This document shows positions 12,383 to 25,270 of a DNA stretch of 64,000 nt, piece by piece. Numbering within the stretch: position 1 is the first letter of the stretch; every line of letters begins with the position of its first letter. The notes below the pieces were generated by a model, which had not been told where the DNA came from, did no database searches, and was given only the letters and a program-made list of their open reading frames with translations. Source of the stretch: Octopus sinensis (Eukaryota). Position numbers and translations under genes: made by a program. The stretch covers positions 99,138,001 to 99,202,000 of the forward strand of contig NC_042999.1 of the NCBI RefSeq assembly GCF_006345805.1, in the 5' to 3' direction.

Positions 12383-12763
12383 GGAGGTGCAATGGCCCAG
12401 GGGTTAGGGCAGCGGACTCACGATCAAAGGTTCGTGGTTTCGCTTCCCAGACTGGGTGTTGTGAGTGTTTATTGAGCAAAAACACCTAAAGCTCCACAAG
12501 GCTCTGGCAGGTGGTGGTGGCAAACCCTGCTGTACTCTTTCACCAAAATTTTCTCTCACTCATTCTTCCTGTTTCTGTTGTACCTGTATTTCATAAGGGC
12601 CAGCCTTGTCACACACTGTGTCATACTGAATCTCCCCAAGAACTACGTTAAGGGTACACGCGTCTGTGGATTGCTCAGTCACTTACATGTTAATTTCATG
12701 AGCAGTCTGTTCTGCTGATTGGGTCAACTGGAACCCTAGTTGTTGTAACTGACGGAGTGCCAC
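12383..12763 (+). mobile_element. tRNA-derived SINE, head shared with 32618-32916 but a different tail
   Basis: ggaggtgcaatggcccaggggttagggcagcggactc... with A-box-like and degenerate B-box motifs; first ~160 bp shared with 32618-32916. Confidence 0.8.
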
Positions 12764-12795
<32 letters not shown>

Positions 12796-12921
12796 GTATC
12801 TACATATGTATATTCATATATAAGCATGTATGTATATACATACATACATATATATATATGCACACACATACACACACAAAGAGTGATATATATATACATA
12901 TAGACATATTCATACATATGC

Positions 12922-12961
<40 letters not shown>

Positions 12962-14109
12962 GATATATATATAAAGTGAAAGATAGAGAAGTGTATCTTT
13001 GCTTGTGTGTAGTTTATGTGTATGTATTTGATATTTAGTGAAAAGTTTACAGAGCTGATCCTGTTTGGGTTTTAAGAAAAAATTTGTTCAGTTAATCATT
13101 TTAGTTAATCTTCCATGCTTGCTTTTGGTTGGAAGTAGACATTATTGTGGTAGTACTTTATGGCCTCACCTGCTTTTCATGTAAGTGTTTTCGTGTTACA
13201 CCATTTTCCACAATTTGTAAACACAGAGCCACAGTAGATATAGTTTAGAGGTAATTTCAACTTGACGTTAGTTTCTTTGCACAATAATGTTCTCTGTATA
13301 TCATGGAAATTTTTAGCATGTTCCCACACACTAGATTATCAAATTCACTGCTGGATTTTGCCTCACAGAACTAATTTCTATCTTTAAACTTTGAGTGTGA
13401 GGCACTAAGCTCTGACTGTGTGGGAATGTGCTAGAAATTAATGTACACATCATTATTTTGATCCTCACTGCATTGTGTATGTATACTGGATTAATTCCAG
13501 CTTGGCTTAGCTTCAGTACCCACCAGCAAATATTTTGATAGTGTTTTCTTTATTAAGCAGAAGCTCCCAGTTAGTTTCAAATGAGTGAGAATATATCTAT
13601 TGTTTAGGAGTTAAAAATCTCCATGCAACCTTGAGTCTGGTAGTCCTCCAGCAGCATTTGATGCTTTGTATGTCTTTAAACACAAAGTCTTTAAGGATTC
13701 TATAAATTTTTTAAAAGTCATAACTTCCTGTCCAACCAACTTTAAATGTTTATTTCATAATTCACGAAATAACCATAACTGCACCATTTATAGACATTTA
13801 TAAACCATTGTATCGTTCTGAAAGTTGAGTTCAATTTAATGATAGTTTATGTAAAATTTGGAGAAACAGTGTGTGTGAAGATTTTCAGCTTTATAAAAGC
13901 TCTATATATGTTTATATGCATGTGTGTATGTATGTGGTAAGTAGGTTTGTTTTTACGTTCAATTATAATAAAAACAATTATACACTAATCTTATGGGTTA
14001 CTCTATACTTTTGTAGAGTACAAATTTATTATTGTTATACAAGAATGGTGTTGGCAGTAACTTAGAAATTTCAGCCAGCTAAGCTAGTGTTGGACTGCAT
14101 ACACACTCT

Positions 14110-14143
<34 letters not shown>

Positions 14144-16059
14144 GATACACCTTTTACTTGTTTCAGTTGTTTGACTTTGGACATACTGGAGCACCATCTT
14201 GGGTTTTTTTTTAGTTGAACAAATCAACGCCAGGCCTTTTTTTTTTAAGCCTAGTACTTATTCTATTGATCTCTTTTGCCAAATCACTAAATTAAGAGAT
14301 GTAAGCACACACCAACACCAATTGTCAAGTGGTGATTGGGGGATATACACAGATACAAAGACACACACACACACACATTATATATATATATATATATATA
14401 TATATCTTCATTTAAGCAAAACTTCCAGGTTAATCTTCTCCATTGGGTATGAGAATTAAAATACTGTAAGTGCTGAGGAAGAGAGTCTTTCCATAAAGTA
14501 AACATGATATTATAATCTTTGGGGGGCTTCTATAGAATTGAGGTACTTTAATAACAAAGACACTGAGATAGAGTTGAGGACAGCATGTCCATGTATCAAA
14601 AGTGTGTATGGACTCTCACATACTTACTAAAGCATATACGGACTTGTCCTTCCAGTTATGCATTCTTCACAAGTACAGACTAAATACACTTAATGTATAC
14701 ATAAAACCACACAGCATACTCTGGCATGCAGTTCATGGACTCTACCTTGGGTATTAAAATACCTCTATTCTATTGGATCCTGAAAATGATTATATACCAA
14801 GGACATGCCACCTGGGTAGGCAAGGTAGACAGTGCCTACCCTGAATCAAATAGATCGATAATAACATTTTCCTTTTATGACAAAATATGCACCTAATTCA
14901 ATAAAATTATGAAGGTTACTCTGATTACTCTGCATAAAATACAAAATATTATATTTTTTGTAGATTAGATAGGCATAATTCACCCCTGGTTTTCAATCTC
15001 AGTATTAATGCTACACAATATTGCTGTAGTATATGAGCTGCATACATTCCTACAAATAATGTTTTCTTTACGTGCTACAAAGGCAGAAGTGAATCTGCCT
15101 GCAACTCAGTCATGTGCCTGTGTTTTGCCTATTTTTTTGTGTGTTTTACTACATAAATGTCACCAACTGCCTACTCTGAGTAATTACTGACAGCACGTGC
15201 CTGTTATATGTGTGTTTGTGTGTGTGTGTGTGTTACGATAGATAGATATACATGCACACACACACATGTATTTGTGCGTGTATGTGTGTGCATGTAAGGA
15301 GAAAAATTTCTTGGTACTTTGGTAGTGTATAATAATTCATTTTGTCTGATGCAGCAGACTATTTCATTATTGGAGTCTCTCTGATGTCAAGCCAGTTAGT
15401 CTGATGGAGTTATTTTAAGGGTGAAGCATATCAGACATCTTCCACTGCTGACAGTGAATGGATGCATATGACTGGATGAGTGGTTTAACTGCAATTAGAA
15501 GTATATGATAAGCTGGCCATCTGCTGGCTTCACAATATAAAGAGGTTTTAGCTATGATTCAGCTGGATAAAAAAAAAAAAGAAAAAAAAAAACCACAAGA
15601 ATTTATTTGCCACTGTTTGGTATCTCTACCACTACCACTATGCTACCAGTGAGCAGTATTTTCTGAGAGCAGAAATGACACTGCTACTCGAATGTCTACC
15701 ATTTTACTATTCTCTTCAATTCCTACATTAGCTGTATGTGTTTCTCTTTTCTTTTTCGTATATATTTTCTTTTGTCTTGTCTTTCTTCCTTTTTTTTTTA
15801 TTCGTTTCTTTTGTTTCCGATTCCTGACTTAACCTTATTTGTATTATGATACCAATAAATGGTCTCCTAATTATGTATTGCTGTTCCATCTGCCACACAC
15901 CTTTCAGCCAATTCTATGATTACACCCATCTCCATGATGAAAAGAAATGTATTTTGCATTGTCCATCCAGTTTATTCTATCTGATAAACTGGCTTGATGT
16001 TGGTGAAACTCCAGAGTAACAGACAATTGAATCAGACTATGTAAATAATAGACCTGTAT

Positions 16060-16830
16060 GTATGTATATGTATAATGGGAAGGTTTACGAAAATAAACAA
16101 AAGACGAAGGCAGGTGGAGTACAAACAAACAAATGTATTAGTATGGTGCTCGGGAATAGAAATAGAACAAGTCTTTTACGTTTCGAGCCTACGCTCTTCG
16201 ACAGAAAGATACACAGAAAAGAAACAAGGAGAGAAAAAAATGCATGTAGGAGCTAGCGGTCTATCATGGCATTCTGACTTTAGGCAGAGGTCAGAGGTCA
16301 GACGTTAGACGCTAGAGGGATAGTAGGGGAGATAACAGGGTCAAGTGACTTCCAAAACGAAGGTGGCCCCAACATGAAGGTGCGTGTGTGTATAAGAGAG
16401 TGTGAAAGAGGGCTGGTGGTCTGGACGTGTGTATGTATGTATCAGTGGGTGTGGAGATATGGGGATGGGTGTGTAGGTGGTGTGTTGTGATATGATATGT
16501 GTATGTATGTGTAGGTGTAAAGATGTGGGGATGGGTGTGTGGGTGGTGTGTTGTGATGTGATGTGTAATGTCGTATGGTGTAGAATAGTGTGGTGTGATG
16601 TTGTGGGGAGGTGGGGGTGAGAGTGGGGAAAGCCCATGTGGGGTGTGGGTTCGGTTGGGGGTTGGGGTTGAGTGGGGGTTGTGGGGAGAGTGAGAGGGGG
16701 AGAGAAGAGAGATGAGGGGGAGGGGAAGGAGGGGAGATGAGGAGTAAGGGAGGGGGAGTGAGGGAGCAAAGAGAAAGAGAGAAGGGGAAGAGGGAAGATG
16801 AGGGAAAGAGAGTAGGGGTGAAATGTATAT
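16060..16830 (-). mobile_element. PLE 3' region: C-rich simple-repeat tract followed by hammerhead-containing terminal repeat
   Basis: Same organisation and sequence family as 29380-29640 (+). Confidence 0.6.
16172..16209 (-). ncRNA. Minimal hammerhead ribozyme motif (PLE type, family B)
   Basis: Minus strand UCUUU-CUGUCGA-A-GAGC-GUAG-GCUC-GAAA-CG-UA^AAAGA: 5-bp stem I, 4-bp stem II, palindromic ACGU stem III, GUA site; core has A6->U. Confidence 0.65.
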
Positions 16831-17554
16831 GTATACATGTATGTATGTGTGTGTGTGTGTGTCGATGGTAATGAATAGAAGAAAAAGCATTTAAAACAAC
16901 TTGTTGAGTGTACTTTAAGTAACTGGCTGAGCCATAGACAAATACTTGGAGATACTGCTCAAAATTACTCATCTTGGGAAAAGCAAAATAATTCAAATGA
17001 CAGAAGAGAAATATAGACACTTTCCAAATGTCACATGACTGACATGTAAAAAACAATCTATAGATTTAGTAGGGATCAGTTAACTGGTATAGCAAAGGAG
17101 TTTACTAATAAAGTTGGATTTGAATTTGGTGTGGTAGAACATTCAATAAGTATATAGATAAATAAAGTATTCTTGTATGACCAGAGGCACACATGCATAC
17201 ATATATTGGCACAATCACACATACTCATGTACAGGTTCATTTATAATTACACATATATGCATATACACATGTAAAAAGACACAGCCACATTCATATACAT
17301 ACACAAGCATATGTATTCATTTATAGTACTGCTGAAGTTACTCTTTCTCTCTTGCTACTCATAGTTTTCCATACACCAATAATATAAGCAACAATATATG
17401 AGAATCTGTGTTTTGTAACAGAAGAACCTCAATACCAAAAATATTTATGCTCTAATTCAGTATAGAATCTTTTTATTTTTTCTGCAAACAGAAAGATATA
17501 CATACATATGTACATATGTGTCACTAAAAAAAACAAAACATGTGTCACTAAAGA

Positions 17555-18865
17555 ACATTACAGCTAAATAAAGAAAATTTGGACCTCAGAACTCCCTGCA
17601 TTCAATAAAACAACAGCCCACAATGTGTTTGCAGTGCCTGTACTCATACAAACATTTGGGCTGCTTGATTGGATACTTGATGAGATCTGAGCCATTGATG
17701 TGAAAACCCGAAAAATACTAACAAGCACACATAATTTCCACATAAACAGTGATATAGACCACCTCCATCTAAAACATAAACAAGGCAGAAGAGGCTTAAC
17801 ATTGATCCAAAATGCCCTTGAATGTCGCATAATATCCCTTCAGCAACATCTTTTAACCACAAAGTGTCGAAGTGCATCCCTTGATCAAGTTTGCATACGT
17901 GAGACTGATAACATCATAAGACTTGGAAGGCAGCTACTTGAGCAACACTCTTTGTTTGATAACCTAGAATACATGCCCAAAGAAGTCGCACAACCCTACC
18001 GCAATGTATCATCTGATGGAAGGATGAGTCTACATGAGCAGAAGACTATGCATGGATATGTTACTAGAAAGTTCCTTGATGAAAGCAACATTGATCATCA
18101 GAATAGTTTATCATATAGCTGGATTACTACCAATAGCTGGATTACTACCTCCCACTCTGAAGAGTATGCATTTGCAATCCAGGAACAGGAAATATCAACC
18201 AAGTACCTAATGCACAAAAGGGATAGAGATGCAGGTAAAGCCATAAAATATGACAACCGATACAGACTTTGTGGAATTCACACTGAAGATATCACCCACA
18301 GTATTTGTCCAAAAATGTCATCGCGTTCTATGAAAATGTCATCACAGTATTATCTACCAATGACACAACGTTGTAGCTAGGATGCTCTATAATGAAATCC
18401 ATCAGAAGGATAATCCTGAGGACAAAGAAATAGGAATCCACATTATGGTAGAAGCCATAGCCACTCATATTAAAAAAGAATACTGGTGGAATGTTCCAGT
18501 GAAGACCTCAATAAAATGTAGCACAACAGACCCTGATATAATGATTTGGAGTAGAGAAGAGAAACTGTGCATAGTTGCAAAAATTAGCTGCCCAGCAGAT
18601 GTTAACATAAAGCTGAAGCTCAGAGAAAAAGAGAACACCTATGCTGAACTATTGAGAAATCTGCAGTTACTCTATCCAGATCACAAGTTGAGGTTTATAC
18701 CTGTAATTATTGGGACCCTGGGATATGTAACACACTGCCTAAATACCAATCTTGAGAAACTGGGCTTCTCAAGACCAGGAGAAATCTAATTTGAATTCTA
18801 CAGGTCCAATCCATCACAGGAACTGTAAAAATCTGTAAAACTTTCCAGTTTATTATTTAAATATA
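17555..18865 (+). mobile_element. R4/Dong-type non-LTR retrotransposon 3' fragment (restriction-like endonuclease)
   Basis: NKTTAHNVFAVPVL, HLHLKHKQGRRGL, degenerate zinc knuckle YRLCG...EDITHSICP, then PDIMIW...KISCPAD...FIPVIIGTLG; frameshifted. Confidence 0.8.
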
Positions 18866-19454
18866 TATGAGCATATCTAGATATGTAACTCTATGCATGA
18901 GAATACATACACACATACATGCATACCAGAAAGTTCTGTGATGAAAGTAACATCGATCATCAAAGCAGTTTATCATGGATCAATAGCCAGAGTACTACTT
19001 TGAAGGGTATGCATTTGCAATCCAGGCAATATCAACCAAGTTCCTGATGCACAAAAGGGATACATACATACATGCATACAAGCATACATACATACATACA
19101 TACTTACATACATACATACAAGCATACATACATACATACAAGCATACATACATACAATCATACGTACATACATACATGCATGCGTGCATGCATACATGCA
19201 TACGTGCATGCATACATGCATACGTGCATACATACATACATACAAATAAAAATACCCTGTTGTTGATGTTGAAATTCCAATGAGGGGAGCCTTGGATCTT
19301 GGTAAGAAACCGGTTCTCTCTTTGTTGGCAAAAAATCTTGAAATAAACTGAATGATAACATACACACACACACACACACATGCACACATACACACAAACT
19401 TCATGCATGCATGCACGATCATGCATGCACACACACACACACATACACACATAA

Positions 19455-20060
19455 TAAGAAGGAGTACTGGTGGAATATTCCAATGAAAACCTCAATAAAA
19501 TGTAAACATAAAAGAGCTGACATAACGATTTAGGATTTAGAAATCAGCTGTCCAACAGATGTAAACATAAAGCTAAAGATCAGTGAAATACAAAATATCT
19601 ACACCAAGCTATTGAGAAATTTACAACTACTCTCCCTAGATTACATGTTCAGGTTTATACCAGTAATTATTGGGGCAGCGGGATATGTAATACATTGTCT
19701 AAGTACCAATCTTGAGAAATTAAGCTTCTTAAAACCAGAAAAGAGAAAGCTGATTCAAAGTCTACAAATCTAAGCCATCACAAGAACTGTAAAAATCTTT
19801 AAAACTTTCCATAAGTTTATCATTTAATTATATATGTGCATGTCTAGGCATGCAACTATATGCACAAGACTACATGCATAAAACAAAACATACAAATCTA
19901 CACAAGCACTAACTCCTAATACTACACAAATACATATATACCTGCAAAAATACCCTGTTAATGTTGTTGAAATTTCAATGAAGGAGCCTTGAATCTAGGT
20001 TAGAAACCAGCTCTTTCTCTATTGGCAAGAATTCTTGAAATAAAACTGAATAATGACATA
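19455..20060 (+). mobile_element. Second partial copy of the R4/Dong-type 3' end and UTR
   Basis: gagtactggtggaatattccaatgaaaacctcaataaaatgt... repeats 18478-18865 in diverged form; UTR piece 19940-20060 repeats 19250-19350. Confidence 0.7.
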
Positions 20061-20102
20061 CATACATATATACATACATATGAACGTATGTACATGGCAG
20101 TG

Positions 20103-20350
20103 AAATACAAGTATCAACTTCCAATTTAGTGTCAGGTGTGAATAAGACCACCAAAAACCTCACTGCCTATTGCATGGCTTAACAAGGGATACATTCAGAA
20201 CTTAAGTAGAGGGGGCTGCAATATATTTTTTGAACAGTATCCTCTACCTAATATCTGAATGTGTCCCTTGTTAATCCACGCAATGGACAAGGTGGTTTAT
20301 GGTGGTCTTGTTCACACCAGACACCAAGCTGGAAGCTGGTATTTGTATTT
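20103..20350. repeat. Diverged inverted repeat, ~110-bp arms, 28-nt spacer
   Basis: aaatacaagtatcaacttcc...gtagagg pairs with cctctac...ggaagctggtatttgtattt. Confidence 0.8.
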
Positions 20351-22145
20351 GACCTCTGAAGGATCTCTGGGGTAACTTTACTCAACAGGGTGCACAGCTC
20401 AGAGATTAAGGAGTTTCACCAGATTCAGCTGCCACTTCTCCACATTGAGAGGTTACAACTCTGGTGCTACAGATTTGTGAACAGAATGTCACAGGAAATA
20501 ATTGCATGAGAAATTCCCCAAGCTGAGCCAACCTGCAGGAACCCTAGGGTTTCATCGAGAATGAGAACGTTGATAATATCCATAGTCTCAGTTAGTCATG
20601 CCTGGGAATCCAGCTGGAAAGTCTAATGATGGTTACTTCTAATAGGATCTTTTGGAGGCGGTGCCTGAAGACTCTATCCTTAATGACCCTGGATGGATGT
20701 GTGTGCATCTTCTTCTATGCTACCATAGGTTGGACAGCTATTTTTCAGACAGTATTTTTATGACTCTTCCTGTCACCAATCCTGATCTGTTTTTTAACAG
20801 AGCTAAGAATGTGATGTTCAGTAGGAATGCAAACAATGATACTGTTTTTTCACTTTAGTAAACTCAAGCAGAAATGATATACTTACATGTGTGTACACAC
20901 TTACTTAAGTACCCATCCATCCATAGTGGGCATAGACCAGTACTTATTTTTCTTTGTGTTGTACCTATTCTGTCAGATTTTTCTTGTCAAAAGCACTAAG
21001 TAAGAGGGACACAGTTGCCAAACAGTGTTGGTGAAGCTAATGACAAACCAAAAAACACACACATACACACAGGCAGACAGCCAAACTCACACAGACACAC
21101 ACAATCACTCACTCATGTGCACATGCACACACACACGCATGCATGCATGTATTCGCGTGCACACACTCATGCAACAGGCCTCTGCATAGTTTCTGTCAGC
21201 TAAATTTACTCACAAAGCATAACAAAGCATTAATTGGATCAGTTTTATAGTATATGACATTTGCTTGAGATTCCAGTCAGTGAGATTAAATCTAAAATTA
21301 TCTGGTTTTGAAGGGAAATTTTTATCCTCATTCCTATATTTATATTGGAACAGATACCACAGGACATTTCATCTCTTGCTCTCACAAATTCTACCAATCT
21401 CTCACCTGGACTGCTACTTTATTTATCAACCATGCATAAATAGATACACATTTACTTACATTCTCTGACAAGAAAGATATCATAAAAATATTTTTTCTCA
21501 AAACCCTTACAAGAAAATATTCTCATATTTGACCATAATTAATCTTTACATATATCAATGTAGCTGCTATTGTATTATAAAAGCATATGTCAACTGGAAA
21601 TGATAGCATTAATTAAAACACATCCAACTGGGAAATGTGCATTGTTATAAATTTTCACACTATTTAACATTCACAGGGGAGAGGTTTGCTGATATGTATT
21701 GTATCGTATTGTGAGATAATACAGAATATTTTGATGAATGCTTTATGAACTATTGATAATGTGTTCCAAGAGATTGGTTCCTCTGCAAATATAATAAATC
21801 CTATTGATATACATATATTTAAAGGGATAGTGGAAGTGTTATTCAACACATATAATATTTTTTTTCTGCTCAACTGAGATCATCAGTTATTGAATCAAAG
21901 CTGCTGGAAATCTTTGTTGAAATATGAAGGTATAATGCCATTTTTGGGATAAACATTAAGGCAATAGTTATCTGATGCAGAAAAACACAAGAAACAAAGA
22001 AAAAAGAAGACAATACTCTGAAACAGGGAGTGAACATTAAAAGACTAGTAATTTAAATTGCTCTTGAATTGATAGGTCATACTGTAAACTTTGCTATTAT
22101 TTATAAATTGTTGCATTGCCTTGCTTTATTGCTTTCCTTATTCAG

Positions 22146-22283
22146 CGGATGAGAGAAGAAAAACTCAGAACATTAACTTCACCTTATGTGGGCATATTTA
22201 AAAGAAAGGCTGGTGAAAATTCACAGTTTTTTGTTGCAAGGAAATCTAAGAGCCACATCTTTAGTAATATGACAGACTACTAA
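22146..22283 (+). CDS. Candidate RGS C-terminal exon: RMREEKLRTLTSPYVGIFKRKAGENSQFFVARKSKSHIFSNMTDY*
   Basis: Strong pyrimidine tract ttgctttattgctttccttattcag|, phase 0 compatible with the 5064 donor, 45 open codons in non-repetitive AT-rich DNA. No homology recognised. Confidence 0.35.
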   Translation, partial: RMREEKLRTLTSPYVGIFKRKAGENSQFFVARKSKSHIFSNMTDY

Positions 22284-22929
22284 TAGTAGCAATTTAACTA
22301 AGTGGAAATAGACAACATATATTTAGGAAAGAGATCCAATTATATATTTGTAACTCAGCTACAGAAACGTGATTGAATCCTTATATAAAAATAATACTTG
22401 CCTGCTGATGCCAGAAATTCTGTTCTAAATACTGTAAACCTTTTAGTCTGAACCTATACTAATTCTTCCATTTCACCATCATCCATGACAAGAGTAACAT
22501 TGATTTCAAATTTTGGCTCAAGGCCAGCAATTTTTTCGGAGGGGGTAAATTGACTACATCAACCCCAGTTCTTAAGTGGTACTTAATTTATTGTCCCCTA
22601 AAGGAAAAATGGCAAAGTCAACCTCAACAGCATTCAAACCCAGAACATTAAGAGAGGTGAAATACTACTAAGCATTTTGCCCAGCATGCTTTCGACTCTG
22701 CCAGCTCATTGCTTTACGATAAGAGTAACATTAAAACATATTTCTAATTTATGCATGAAGTCAGAAATTTCAGAAGAGGTGACAATCAATTAAATCAACT
22801 CTAACATTTGACTGGTATATATTTTATCAGCTACTGAAGGATAATACTTTAGAGTGATGCCCAGCAGGAATTAGACTTGGAATATAAATGAACATAATTA
22901 AACATCATAACACATTCCTCTGGTCTACT

Positions 22930-23945
22930 ACCAAATGTGCTGTTCAGTACAAGATGGGCTACACCAAATATTCTGCTCAATACCACAGATTTGCTTGTCA
23001 GTTGTTTGACCTTAACCAGTTGAGCATGTCCCTTAGTGGCTGACGATATGTGCATCTCTGATCATGAGCAGAAGTAGTGGGGGAGCATCATAGCCATGTG
23101 TTGAGAGGGATTCTTTGGGGTTTGAATAATTCACCTCTGGAAACATGGGTGGTTCTTTCAACATCCTTAAACAACCCTTATTCAGGGACCTTTTGAGCGG
23201 GATGGGCTACTCAACCTGAAGAAAATTCTAACTGGGCCCCACCTGCAAGGTCATGTACTGTTTATCTTGATATGAGATCACCATGTCGCACACATATGGT
23301 TGTGATGCATGTGCCTGGTGTACCCTTATCAGACGGGTAGTGATGATGGGTATATTGGGCTTCGTATATTTTACCCCAGTGTCACTTTGATGGCATGCAC
23401 TGCTCTCTCACTCAATAATAATAATAATGATAATAACAGTGACTCTCATGGCTTTTGAATATGTACTGATTGGAAGTGTCAGCATGTACATGTCTTGGTG
23501 ATAAAAGATGGGCTGCAGCAAATATTCTGCTCAATACTTCAGATTTGCTTGTTGTTTGCTTGACCTTAACCAGTTGAGCATGTCCCTTAGTAGCTGATGA
23601 TATGTGCATCTCTGATCATGAGCAGAAATAGTGGGGAAACATCATAGCCATGTGTTGAGGGGATTCTTTGAAAAATTCAACCCTGGAAACTTAGGTGTTT
23701 TGTTCATCATTCTTAAACTACCCTAATTCAGGGATCTTTTGGGAAGGATGGACTACTCAACCTTAAGAAAATTCTAACTGGGCCCCACCACTAAGGTTAT
23801 GCACTGATTATCTTGATATAATGCACATATGGTTGCAATGAATATCAGGTGAGTAATCATTATGGGAGTATAAAGCTTTATATATTTGTACCCCAGCATC
23901 ACTTTCATGGTATGCACTGCTCTCTTACTCAATTATGATATTAAT
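22930..23945 (+). mobile_element. Two head-to-tail copies of a ~500-bp (AAT)n-tailed retroposon; partial third copy at 24430-24665
   Basis: aagatgggct...caaatattctgctcaatac...gaccttaaccagttgagcatgtcccttag repeated at about 22950, 23510 and 24530; unit junction is (aat)n at 23414-23436. Confidence 0.8.
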
Positions 23946-24205
23946 AATAAAAGATCAAATGTCCTTCTTGAACCATATGCTCATAAGGCTGCTTTCCCAG
24001 ATTCTGTTGTTTATATAATCCACCCACTGGATGAGAGGCTGGTCCATCACAAGAATACTCAATTTTACCAGCTGAGTGGACTGGAGCAATGTGAAATGAA
24101 TTTTTTTTCTCAAGAACACTGCATCACCCAATCGTGGAATCCAGGCCACAAGCTTATGATCATGAGGGCAACACCCTAACAACAAAGCTATACACCTCAA
24201 CAGCA

Positions 24206-24430
24206 ACAACAACAACAATAATAATAATCCTTTCTACTATAGGCAAAAGGCCTGGAATTTTGGGAGAAGGGGCTAAGTCATTACATTGACCCCAGTGCAT
24301 AATTAGTACTTTTTTCTTCGACCCTGAAAGAATGAATGGCAAAGTCAACCTCAGTGGAATTTGAACTCAGAATGTAATGCCATGAAGCATTTTACCTAGC
24401 ATGCTAACAATTCTGCCAGCTCATCACCTT
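24206..24430 (-). mobile_element. tRNA-derived SINE (gagctggcagaat...ttagca head family)
   Basis: Reverse complement resembles 32987-33185; (att)n tail. Further copies near 22490-22720, 41950-42170, 42200-42350, 55250-55420 and 59300-59450. Confidence 0.75.
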
Positions 24431-24968
24431 AATAATATATGTCCCGGTGCACTACAAGGTGATGGCTCTCATGGCTTCTGATCTTAATTGAATAGAAATG
24501 TTAGCATGTACATGTCTTGGTGTAAAAGATGGGCTACAGCAAATATTCTGCACCTTACCTCATATTTGTTTGTCACTTGCTTGACCTTAACCAGTTAAAT
24601 ATGTCTCTTAGTGGCTGGCAATGTGTGCATCTGTGATTGTGAGCAGAAGTAGTGGAGGGACTTCAACATCACTTACATATATTTGCCATAGGATACCAGG
24701 TATACAGCTGAGGCACTGTTGGTGAAATTGCTCCAGCCTTATTATATGTCTCCAGTAAGTAACCCATTGCATTCATATAGCAATAAAAACAAACCTCAAG
24801 AATTGTAGACCTGCAGCTTTGTCTCGATTGAAATTTCATGCTGTAACCATAAATATTCATTCAGTTCTTTTAATTTACCATGGGTTTTCTTGGTTTAGTA
24901 GGGGATTTCCTCATCAAAATATTTGTTTATATAGTTATATACAGTATATATATATATATATATATGTG

Positions 24969-25007
<39 letters not shown>

Positions 25008-25133
25008 ATATATATATATATAGATAGATAGATAGATAGATAGATAAATATATGGTTGGTGATATATATAGATATATGGTTGGCGATTTTTTTTTCCTCT
25101 GTCTTCCCTTCTCTGGATCTTTCCTTCTCCTAT

Positions 25134-25168
25134 GTTTCCGATGAAGAGCTCCGCTCGAAACGTTAAAC
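25134..25168 (+). ncRNA. Minimal hammerhead ribozyme motif (PLE type, family A) inside terminal repeat 25075-25265
   Basis: GUUU-CCGAUGA-A-GAGC-UCC-GCUC-GAAA-CG-UU^AAAC; core has U4->C. Confidence 0.65.
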
Positions 25169-25270
25169 CCTCATTCTTTCCTTCTTTCCTGAGCGTCCAA
25201 TAATACTATATTTGTTCCACGTCCTCGCGTTGTTGTGTTTTTTTGTGCTTTCTTGTTTGGATTAACTATA

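Noticed and set aside
15355-15387. NAGNAG acceptor giving (Q)TISLLESL* as an RGS terminal exon; also PIL* after the acceptor at ~15907
   Set aside because: Compatible in phase but too short or too weakly signalled to distinguish from chance.
16650-16690. Telomeric repeat
   Set aside because: Only two GGGGTT-like units, not a TTAGGG array.
16312-17056. Pro/His/Thr-rich ORFs of 165-204 aa on the minus strand
   Set aside because: Low-complexity C-rich tract; all three frames are open, so there is no coding signal.
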